Source of the DNA: Vicugna vicugna
Taxonomy: Eukaryota
Assembly (NCBI GenBank): GCA_013265495.1
Contig: MU058824.1
Coordinates: 5,971,245-6,035,244 of the forward strand
Direction: 5' to 3'
Length of the DNA stretch: 64,000 nucleotides
The notes beneath the pieces were generated by a model. The model was not told the DNA's origin and searched no databases. It saw only the letters and a list, made by a program, of their open reading frames with translations. Position numbers and translations under genes: made by a program. How positions within the stretch are numbered: the first letter of the stretch is position 1; each line of letters opens with the position of its first letter. This document shows positions 53,677 to 64,000 of this stretch, one piece after another.

Positions 53677-53810
53677 TCTCCTTTTTTATTTTTATTTTTA
53701 TTTACCTTTTTTTTTTAAATGGAGGTATTGGGGATTGAATCCAGGACCTTGCCCATGCTAAGCACACACTCTACCACTGAGCTATATAGTCCCACCTCTC
53801 TCCTTTTTTA
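53677..53810 (-). mobile_element. Young tRNA-derived SINE (camelid Vic-1-like) with 12-bp TSD
   Basis: - strand tatagctcagtggtagagtgtgtgcttagcatgggcaaggtcctggattcaatccccaatacctcc (A and B boxes) plus A-rich tail; TSD TCTCCTTTTTTA at 53677-53688 and 53799-53810. Confidence 0.9.
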
Positions 53811-54440
53811 GCCTCACTTCATCTTTTTGACTTAACTCTTAGCCTTATTTCTCTGAGTTTTTATATTTTTATAGGGTGGGGTACGTATGTATGTATCTAT
53901 GTGTACACATATTAAACTCAACAAGTGTATATATATATAAACACAGTAATACTGAATATAGTCAACATGAAATGACAAGACTAAAGTCCACTGCAAACTA
54001 AATAATAATAACAGCAAACATTATGTATCTGGCACTCTTTTAAACACTTTACATACTCTAACAAATTTAATCATGACGGCAATAGCAACATCGAATTAAA
54101 TCAAACTCCATACTAAACTTTAATGATGTTAATTATTAAAATTTTAAGATTAATAAAATAGTCATGGGTCGAAGGTCACATTTAAAGTATGTGTTTTCTG
54201 CTTTTCTGATTCTGTTGACCCTTGATTATTGAACAGTTCCTCAGCCTAATGTTGACATTAGCCTAGCATCAAATATTAACCTATTATACATAGTGTTAAG
54301 CAAATTATAGTTGCCCAAGACTCCAAGCTTGACAGAAATAGGTAGAGTCAAAGATATCTGAAGTGACATTCAATGGAAAATTTCCATAATATATAAAGAT
54401 TATACATTACAAAACCAGTTTTTTCTCACAGACTATCATT

Positions 54441-54678
54441 AGATACACATTTATAATGATGGTAGTAAGCATGAGAAAGGGCTGGGGAAATGTTTATGGT
54501 CTGGTAACATTATGTTATTACTACATTATCTGTCTATCTGTTTATTAGGCTGTGTGTGTAGATACACATTTATAATGATGGTAGTAAGCATGAGAAAGGG
54601 CTGGGGAAATGTTTATGGTCTGGTAACATTATGTTATTACTACATTATCTATCTATCTGTTTATTAGGCTGTGTGTGT
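54441..54678. repeat. Tandem duplication, 2 x 119 bp, one mismatch
   Basis: agatacacatttataatgatgg...tttattaggctgtgtgtgt begins at both 54441 and 54560. Confidence 0.97.
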
Positions 54679-57600
54679 ATATGTATTATTCCATACTATT
54701 CTATATACTATTACATATATTATATACTATACTAAATTATATTATGCTTGCTTTATGTATATGAAAAATTATTTCTCTTGCATATGAAATATCTCCAGTT
54801 GAAACTAAGAATATACAGACAACAACAAAAAGCTAGTTATATAAATGCCTGTATGGATATCTCACTTTTTCTAACAGCTCTTTATTCTTGTAATATAGAA
54901 TCTAGTGAGATTACTTGGCAGTGTCTTCTGGCTTCAGTTATGTCCTGTGTAATTTTGTAAGCATTAGAAACTCTTCAAATTGGGATGACGGAGGAGAGGA
55001 TTAATTCACTTATGAATTGGCTTTCTGTGCTAGTCAATAAAATTTAAAATATACATACATACACAAAGATAATACGTACATACAATACATACACACAGGG
55101 AAAGGATTAGTTCTTTATCTTTCTCTCTAAATATCCCACAGCCTTTCTTGGTAATATCTTTTAAATATTCTCCATTCCTAGGGAAAGAGCCATGATTTCA
55201 GGTCCTGGCTGGGAATATAGTTTTTCCCATTCTAGATTTTGATTTCCTAAGACGCTTCAATTTTAACCTCTGAAACTCAGGTATACTTTATTGATTGACT
55301 GATTTAATCAAAGTATAGATGACTTACAATATTATATTAGTTTCAGATGTACAACATAATGATTTGATATTTTTATACATTATGCACCATATAAAGTTAT
55401 TAAAATATTATTAACTATTTTCTCTGTACTATACATTACACCCCCATGGCTTATTTTATAACTGGTAGTATGGACTTCTTAATCTTCTTCACCTATTTTG
55501 TCCATCTTCTCACCCTACTCCCGCCTGGCAACCACTAGTTTGTTCTCTGTACTTACAAGACTGTTTCTGTTTTGTTATATTTGGTCATTTGTTTTGTATT
55601 CCAGGTTCCACATATAAGTAAAAATACAGTATTTGTCTTTGTCTGACTTATTTTAGTAAGCATAATACTCTACAGGTCCATCCATGTTGTCACAAATGCC
55701 AAGATTTCATTGTTTTTATGGCTCAGTAGTATTCCATTCCATTCCAAGAGGATGTATATCTCATATCTTCTTTATCCACTCCTCTGTTTATGGACAGTTA
55801 GGTTGCTTCAGATTTTGACTATCATAAATAATGCTGCTATGAACACTGGAGTGCATATATCTTTTCAAATTAGTGTTCATTTTCTTTGCATAAATTGCTG
55901 AATTTCATGGTTGTTCTATTTTTAATTTTATGAGGAACCTTCATACTGTTTCCCATAGTGACTATATCAATTTACATGCCTGCCAGCAGTGCAAGAGGGT
56001 TCCCTTTCCTCCACATCCTCACCAACACTTGTTACTTGTTGTTGTTTTGATACTAACCATTCTGATTTGTGCAAAGTGATATCTCATTGCAGTTTTGATG
56101 TGCGTTACCCTATTGATTAGTGATACTGAGCATCTTTTCATGCATCTGTTGGCCATCTGTATGTCTTCTTTGGAAAAACATCTATTCAGGTCCTCTACCC
56201 ATTTTTATATCAGATTTTTTATTATGAGTTGTATACGTTCTTTATATATTTTCAATATTAACCTCTTATCAAACATAGCATTTGCAAATATCTGCTCTCA
56301 TTCAGTAGATTGCCCTTTTCTTTTTGTTGATGGTTTCGTTTGCTATGCAAGAGCTTTTTAGTTCGCTGTGGTCAAATTTGTTTGTTTTTGCTTTTTTTGC
56401 CTGAGGAGACAGATCCAAAAATACATTGCTAAGACTGATGTCAAAGAGCAAACTGCCTATGTTTTCTTCTAGTTTTACAGTTTCAGATCTTATTTTTAAG
56501 TGTTTAATTCACTTTGAGTTTATTTTTGTGCATCATGTAACAAAATGGTCTAGTTTCACTTTTTTTTTACAAGTAGCTGTCCAGCTTTCCCAACACTATT
56601 GAAGAGACTGCCCCTTTCCCCACTGTGTATTCTTGCCTCCTTGGTTGTAAACTAATTGACCATATACGCATGGGTTTATTCCTGGGCTCTGTATTCTGTT
56701 TCATTGATCTATGTGTCTTTTTTTGTGCCAGTGCCATAATGGCTTGATTTCTATAGTCTTGTAATACAATTTGAAGTCAGGGTGAATATCGTACTTCCAG
56801 CTTTGTTCTTCTTTCTCAGGATTGCTTTGGCTATTTGGGATCTTTAGTGGTTTTATACAAATTTTAGAATTATTTTTTCTAATTCTGTAAACAATAATAT
56901 GGGTACTTTGACAGGGATTGCACTGAATCTGTAGACTGCTTTGGGTACTATGGACATTTTAACAATATTAATTATTCTGACCCATGAGCATGGTGTATCT
57001 TTCCATTTCTTTGTTTCATCTTTAATTTCTTTTATCAATGCCTTATAGTCTTTTTCTTCCTTGGTTAAATCTATTCCTAGGTGTTTTATACTTTTTGATG
57101 TAAATGTAAATGGAATTTTTTTCTTAATTTCTCTTTCTGATAGTTCATTATTAGTATAAAGAAATGCAACAGATTTCTGTTTATTTTGTATCTTACAACT
57201 GTACCAGATTTATTTATTACTTCTAATAGTTTTGGGTGGGTTTTTAAAGATTTTCTATATACAGCATCATATTATCTGTAAATAGTGAAAGTGAGTTTTA
57301 CTTCCTCCTTTTCCATTTGGATGCCCTTTATCTCTTTTCCTTGTCTGACTGTTGTGGCTAGTATTTCCAACACTATGGTGAATAACAGTGGCAAGAGTGG
57401 GCATCCTGTCCTTTTCCTCATCTTAGAAGGAAAGTTTTCAGATTTTCTCCATTCAGCATGATGTTAGCCATGGCTATATTTTAAATTTTACCCATCACAT
57501 ATGGCCTTTTTTATGTTGAGATATGTTCCCTCTATACTACTTTGTTGAGAGGTTTGTTTTTAAATCATGAATGGATTTTGAATTTTGTTAAATGCTTTTT

Positions 57601-58832
57601 CTGCATCTATTGAGATAATCAAGTAATTTTTGTCCTTCCTTTTGTTAATGTGGTGGTGTATCACATTGATTTACAGATATTGAACCATCATAATGTATCA
57701 CAGATAAACGATAATCCTCTTAGTGTATTTTAAAGTTTAGTTTGCTAATATTTTGCTGAGAATTTTTACATCTATATTCATGTTCGTCAGGTGTATATAC
57801 TGGCCTATAGTTTTCTTTTTTTGTAGTTTTCTTTTTTTCTTTGTCTAGTTTTGGTATCAGCTTGATGTTGGCTTTGTAGAATAAGTTGGAAGCATTCTCT
57901 CCTCTTAAATCTTTTGGAATATTTGAGAATAGGTGCTAACTCTTCTTTAATCACTTGATAGAATTCATTCATGAAGCCATATGGTCTTGAACTTTGCTGG
58001 GAATTTTTTGGTTACTGATTCAATCTCATTACTAGTATTCAGTCTGTTCAGGTTTTCTATTTCTTACTGACTCTGTCTTTAGAAGACTGTATGTTTCTAG
58101 GAATTTATCCATTCCTAGATAGGTTGCCTAATTTGTTGGTGTATAACTGTTCATAGTATTATCCTATGATTATATTTCTGTGATATCAGTTGTAATTTCT
58201 CCTCTTTCATTTCTAATTTTATTTAGACTCTCTTTTTTTCTTGATGTGTCTGGCTACAGGTTTGTCAATTTTGTTTATCTTTTCAAAGAACCAGCTCTTA
58301 GTTTCATTAATTTTTTTCCTTTTTTTAAAAAAAATCCCTGTTTCATTTATTTCCATTCTGTTCTTTATTATTACCTTCCTTTTACTAACTTTGAGCTTTG
58401 CTTGTTCTTTTTCTAATTCCTTCAGGTGTAAAGTTAGGTTGCTTATTTGAGATTTTTCTTGTTTCTTGAGCTAGGCATGTGTCTCTGTGAACTTTCTTCT
58501 TAGACCTGCTTTTGCTGCATCCCAAAGATTTTGGAATGTTGTATTTCTACTTTCATTTGTCTCAAGGTACTTTTTGATTTCCTCTTTGATTTTTTCATTG
58601 TTCCATTGTTTTTTTTTAATAGCATGTTTTTTAGTCTCCACGTTTTCTCCCTATAATTAATGTCTAGTATCATACCATTGTGGTTAGAAAAGATGCTTGA
58701 TATGATTTCAATCTTCTTAAATTTATTGAGAATTTGTTTTGTGTTTCAGTATGTGACCTATCCTGGAGAATGTTTCAGGTGCACTTGAAAAGAATTTATA
58801 TTCTCATGGAGTTTTTTTGGTGGTTGCTTTGC

Positions 58833-59225
58833 TTTTTTTTTTTTTTTCTGAAAATGTTTTATTATGTGAAGATGGGAGGGGCTCAGTCCTTCTCAGCAGC
58901 CGCTTTCCTCATGGTGGCCAGGACGCTGCTCAGCTCTCTCTTTCTCTTGGCAGAGATGTGTGTCCCACTCATTTCTCGATGAACTTAAGGGCCTGCTTGT
59001 CCTTGGAGCAGCTCCATGGCCTGCTGCTCATAAGAGGCGAGGCCACACACCTCCTGGATCATGTCCCGCATGAACCTGGTGTGCTTGGTGAGGCGTCCAC
59101 AGCAGCGGCTGTGCCTCAGCTTGCTCACGTTCTTGGTCACCTTGTGGCCTTCGATGAGGCCCACGGCCATGGGGTAACACAAAGCCATGGCTGCCTCTCT
59201 CCTATGGCTGCCACGGCAGAAGAGC
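58833..59225 (-). pseudogene. RPL36: Processed pseudogene of 60S ribosomal protein L36 (eL36)
   Basis: ATG at 59188: [49 protein letters not shown]..., then after a frameshift [40 protein letters not shown], stop at 58883-58885; intronless; AATAAA at 58863-58858; poly(A) ~58833-58847. Confidence 0.97.
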
Positions 59226-59825
59226 CTCATGTTTTCGATTGGACTGTTTTATAGACATCTATTTGGGCATTCCAGTCTAATGTGTTGTTTGAGGCCAGTG
59301 TTTCCTTATTGATTTTCTGCCTGATCTATATATTAATGTAAGTGGGATATTAAAGTTCCCTACTGTATTGTATTACTGTCAAATTTCCCCTTTACGTCCG
59401 TCAATATTTGGTTTATGTATTTAGGTGCCTGTCATATTTGCTTTATGTGTTTAGGTGCTCCTCTGTTGGTGGCACATAAATTTACAAGTGTTATATCCTC
59501 TTCTTGGATTGACCCCTTTATCATTATGTAATGTCCTTCTTTGTCTTTTGTTATGGTCTTTGTTGTAAAGTCTTTTTCTTATATGAGTATTGCTACCCCA
59601 GCTTTTTTCATTTCCATTTACATGGAATATCTTTTTCCATCCTCTTGCTTCCAGTCTGGAGCTCTGAAGTAAATCTGTTGTATGCAGCATATAGATGGGT
59701 CTTTTTTTTTTCCCCATCCATTCAGCTGGCCTGTGTCTTTTGATTGGAGTGTTAATTGCATTTACATTTAAAGTGATTATTAACGGCTAAGCACTTACTG
59801 CCATTTTGTTCATTATTTTATGGTG

Positions 59826-59848
59826 GGTTTTTTGTTTGTTTGGTTTTG

Positions 59849-59883
<35 letters not shown>

Positions 59884-59950
59884 CTTTTGTTTTTTTTTTT
59901 TTTTGTTGGTTTTTTTTTTTTTTGGTTTTGGGGTTTTTTTTTTTTTTTTT
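59826..59950. repeat. ~125-bp T-rich tract with interspersed G (A-rich on the L1 sense strand)
   Basis: Seen directly; lies just upstream of the presumed L1 ORF2 ATG at 59804. Confidence 0.9.
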
Positions 59951-62168
59951 AGTTTTTCTCTGTTCCTTTCTCCTTTTAGTTTCTTCTCCTGTGGTTTAGT
60001 ATTTTCTTTAGTTTTATGTTTCAGTTAGTTTCTCTTTTTTTATGTTATCTATTATAGGCTTTTGGTTTGCAGTCAGCATAAGGTTCATATGTATCAACCT
60101 ATATACATAGCTATTTGTTTTAAGCTAATGTTCACTTAAGTTTGAACATATTCTAAAAGCTCTACATTTTTTACTCCCCACTTCATGTTTTTGAGGTCAT
60201 ATTCTACATCTTGTTATTTTGTGTATCCCTTAACTTTTCATTGTAACTTTTCACTCATAGTTGATTTTATGTCTTTTGTCTTCTAACCTTTCTAGTAGCT
60301 TTTTAAGTGGTTGAGCCACTGCCTTTACCATATCTTAGTGACATTTTTTTTCTTTCATATATATTCTTATTTTTAGGTCTGGCCCTTTCTTTTTCACTTA
60401 AAGAAGATCCCTTAATATTTCTTATAAGGCAGATTTAGTGGTAATTAACTTTTTCAATTTTTGTTTATCTGAGAAACTCTTTGTCTCTCCTTCAGTCTTC
60501 AATTCTGAATAATAATCCTGCCAGGTAGTGTACCCTTAATTGTAGGTTTTTACCTCTCAGTATTTTAAGTATATCATGGTACTGCTTTCTGGTCTGCAAA
60601 GTTTCTTCTGAAAAATTGGTTAATAGCCTTCTTGGGGTTATCCTGTATGTGACTCATTTTTCCTTTGCTGCCTTTAAATTTTTCCCTTTATCTTTAACTT
60701 TTGCTATTTTAATTGGAATATGTCTTGGTAATCACTTTGGGTTCATCTTGTTTGGAACTCTCTATACCTTCTGGACCTGAATATTTTTCTTTTCTAGGAT
60801 AGGAAAGTTTTCAGTCATTATTTCATCAAATAAGTTTTCTCCCACTTTGTCTCTTCTCCTTCTGGGATTCCTATAATATGAATGTTAGTATGCTTGATGC
60901 TGTCCCAGAGGTCCCTAAACTATCCTCATTTTTAAAAATTCTTTTTCCTTTTTGCTTTTCTAATTAGGTGATTTCTACTATCTATCTCCCAGGTTGCTTA
61001 TGTATTATTCTATTATGTTTAATCTACTATTGATTCCCTATAGCACATTTTTCATTTCAGGTGTTGTATTCTTCATCTATGATTTGTTTGTTTGTTTGTT
61101 TTCCATATTTTCTAACTCTCTGTTGAAGTTCTCACTGTGTTTCTCCATTTTTCTGCCAAATTCAGTAAGAATTTTTATGACCATTTCTTTGAACTCTTTA
61201 CCAGGTAAATCACTCATCTCCATTTCATTAGGGTTTTTAGGGAGGGTTATCTTTTCTTTCATTTTGAACAAATTCCTTTGTCTTTTCATTTTGTTTGACT
61301 TTCTGTATTTGTTTCTATGAATTATGTGAAACAGTGACCTCCCCAAGTCTTGAAGGTGTGACCCTGTGTAGGAATATCCTTATGAAAACCACATGTCCCC
61401 AGAGCTGGAGCAGATGTCAACCAGGGCTTTTCCTGGGTTGCACTGGGGGCTGTTGCCTTGGCAGGGGGGCTGGAGTTTGAGCTGGGCATGGACCCGGGAT
61501 TTTCTCAGGGTGCAACAGGAGTCCACCACCTTGGCATGAGGGCTGGAGCTTGATCTAGATGCAGGCCAGCGGGTGTTGCTGGGGCAGTGTTGGCAGGTAA
61601 GCTAGAGCAGCAGGCGCTTTCCAAATTGCTACCTCTGTGCTGGGATTCAGACAGAGTGAGTTTATGCATAACCTCTTTAAGTATTGAGTCTCAGTTTCCT
61701 GAGACTCTCCCTCAGGCTCTCCTGGAAGTAAACTCCACTGGTTTTCAAAGCCAGTAATGGGTGTTCATATTCCTGGTGTCAGACCCCAGGGCCGGGGTTC
61801 CCAGTATGGAGCTAAATCCTTCACTCCTCAGGGAAGACCTCCAAGTTTGTGATATCCCCTTCTGTTTGTGGGTCTCTGCATTAGGAGTATGGGTCCTGAC
61901 TGTATTACATATTTGCCCCTCCTACATATCCCAATGGTTTTTTTCTTTTAACTGTAGAAGAGATATTCTGCTAGTCTTCAGTTTGTTCTTAGAGAAAAAT
62001 GGTCTACATGTAGTTGTACTTTACATGTGTCCATGGGAGGAGATGAGTTCAGGCTCTTTCTACTCTACCATCTTGATGAAGAGCTCAGTAACACTGTAAA
62101 AAGTATTCTGTTGAAATCCTGTTGCTTTACAGTTTAGAGATAGAAAAAAAAAGGTCAATTATCTAATT

Positions 62169-62385
62169 CAGAGTTGGTGAACATTTTCTGTAAAGGTCCA
62201 GAGAGTAAATATTTAAGGCTCTGTGGACCATATTATCTTTGCAGTAATTACTCAACTCTGCCACTGTGGCACAAAAGAACCATAGATAATATATAAATGA
62301 ATGGGTATGGCTGTGTTTCAATAGAATTTACAAAAACAGGTGGCAGGTTAGGTTTGTTCCACAGGCCATGGTTTTCCCACACCTG
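62169..62385. mobile_element. MER58A-like hAT-Charlie MITE
   Basis: cagagttggtgaacattttctgtaaaggtccagagagtaaatattt...actcaactctgccactgtggcacaaaag...ttttcccacacctg; CAG...CTG termini. Confidence 0.88.
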
Positions 62386-62447
62386 ATCTGATCTAATATT
62401 CATTTTCTAAAAGATGAAATGGCTCCATGGATCTTTGTGTTAGTAAT

Positions 62448-62900
62448 TGTGGTCAATTGTTATTACATTCTACATGATTCTAGAGAATTATTCATCTCCA
62501 TATCTGTTCCCTGTTTAGTCTTCTCCCACAATGACTTTGCTGAGCCATGTGACTTGTTTGGCCAATGAGATATCAGCAAATATGATGTGAGCAGAAGCTA
62601 GATAAAGGCTTGTGCATTGGGGCTTATGCTCTCTTCTTGCTTTTCTACTACTATATAGAAAAGCATGGGCTAGCCTCCTGGAGGATGGGAGCGCATACAG
62701 AGAGCAGCCTGAGCTTCCCCAGCCATGGCCCAAATACAAGACTGAGTTTAGCTCAAAACATAGTGGTACAGAGCCAAGCTATCTCAGCTGAGCCTAGCCC
62801 TACTTGCCAACCCACAGATTCATGAGCAAAGAAATGGTGGGTTGTTTTAAACCATTATATTTTGGGCTGAGCTGGTGGACAGTCATAGGTAAATGATATA
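62448..62900 (+). mobile_element. MLT1G/H-like MaLR solo LTR
   Basis: gccatgtgacttgtttggccaatgagatatcagcaaat...gcatgggctagcctcctggaggatg...gttgttttaaaccattatattttggg. Confidence 0.8.
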
Positions 62901-63341
62901 GTAATCCAGGAGTGCAAAACCCCCAAACACTCAGTCTCAAACATATTTGCTCTGTTAGTGTAACCAAAGCAAGAAATGAATGAGCTATGTATTTAACTTG
63001 TGAATTTGTCGCTTTCTAAGCAGTCAGTTTGGAAGATTCTAAATTTCTGGATTGTCCTAACAACCAAATGGACTGTGTTTGTCCATTTTTGAATATTTTT
63101 CTGAATATTCAGAATTGCTATGAGACATAGCTCAGATTCACTGATTAATTCATAACAAACCTCCACTTTCCTTAATTAAAAAGGCTCCATGATGATGATA
63201 TATAGAAAAACTGATAGAAATAGCTAGTTTGTAAACAGATTGTCCTGACTGAGGTTCCTCAAACTACTTCCCTTTGGTTTACAAACATGAAATCTAAGTG
63301 GAGTTTTACTTAACAAACTAATTGTTACGCTAAATGGTTAG

Positions 63342-63345
<4 letters not shown>

Positions 63346-63378
<33 letters not shown>
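63346..63378. repeat. (AT)n microsatellite
   Basis: About 16 uninterrupted AT units. Confidence 0.95.
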
Positions 63379-63379
<1 letters not shown>

Positions 63380-64000
63380 GTCCCAAGTTTATGAGTCATG
63401 ATTCTAACTTTTATATGCCATTTTCAAGACTGTTATCCTCTTAATAAGCTCAATATTGCCAATACATTTATCTTAAGAGACAACAAAAAATCCAATTCCA
63501 TTGATCACATAATTTTATAAACCTTCTTAATAAGTCTGAGAATATATACAACCAAGAATACCATGGAGCACACGTGCTTCATATATGAAGTTTCGTAAAA
63601 AGAGATTCAGAGGACAAATTAAATTTTTCTTAGCTTCTAAACACAAACAAAGGCTCTTACATGGAAAACTGATTTTCTATAACTGACTGACAAGGGCCTA
63701 CAACACTACTAAAAAGTTACCAGTTAGAATTAGTGAAATACACCCATTAATGGATTATAGGCTTTGAAATAGTTAAGCCTCTGCACTTGGGTTGAGTTTT
63801 CTGATACCACGTTTTCATAAATATGTTGGTAAGATATAGATTACACTGCAGTGTGGTTTGTGGAAAGCAGAGAATGTCATTATAGGTTCTGTGTTCTCTC
63901 TGTAGAATATCTGGTTCATTCATAATCTTACAAATGTGATAGTTACTCTCTACCAGTTAAGAAACACTGAATAAACTCTATAAAGTTTATTTATAAGGGG

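Larger units (their letters stand above)
55288..62090 (-). mobile_element. Near full-length degenerate LINE-1 (5' UTR, ORF1, ORF2, 3' UTR)
   Basis: ORF1 N-terminus 61077-61346 (MKRQRNLFKMKE...MSDLPGKEFKEMVIKIL); endonuclease remnant ~59451-59804 (RLEARGWKKIFHVNGNEK); RT-downstream remnant 56853-57038 ([19 protein letters not shown]); 3' UTR ~55290-55620; GC-richer 5' region ending ...ctaccatcttg; many stops and frameshifts. Confidence 0.93.

Noticed and set aside
53715..53798. Functional tRNA gene
   Set aside because: Poor acceptor-stem pairing plus an A-rich tail and TSD indicate a SINE
58817..59254. 145-aa + strand ORF
   Set aside because: Antisense shadow of the GC-rich RPL36 retrocopy
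55276..62100. TSD for the long L1 (ctcaggtatacttta versus ctcagtaacactgta)
   Set aside because: Similarity too weak to call
1..64000. Most 60-145 aa ORFs in the supplied track as protein-coding genes
   Set aside because: They are short, often start at non-ATG codons, overlap repeats or low-complexity DNA, and have no recognisable domain; expected by chance in mammalian non-coding DNA
1..64000. Prokaryotic-type systems (CRISPR arrays, operons, defence islands, prophage)
   Set aside because: No regularly spaced repeat-spacer array and no dense ORFs; the repeat content is mammalian

Overview
This is an AT-rich, CpG-depleted window of placental-mammal DNA. A young tRNA-derived SINE at 53.7 kb and the L1 3' UTRs suggest a camelid (inference from remembered repeat families). 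I see no intact protein-coding gene. The sequence is intronic or intergenic and dominated by interspersed repeats. These include a near full-length degenerate L1 (55.3-62.1 kb, - strand) carrying a nested full-length RPL36 processed pseudogene, a young 5'-truncated L1 with target-site duplications (TSDs), and older L1M fragments. There is also a degraded ERVL provirus, several MaLR/LTR16 LTRs, hAT MITEs (MER5A/MER58-like), and L2, L3 and MIR elements. Signals the repeats do not explain are one candidate 132-nt exon (- strand, 16064-16195, product unrecognised), an ancient Deu-domain SINE remnant (~17.9-18.1 kb) that may be exapted, and several locally templated duplications, including a 93-bp inverted copy 3.3 kb from its partner. 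I found no convincing evidence of a new biological system. Repeat family names come from recalled consensus motifs, not database searches, and boundaries of old repeats are approximate.
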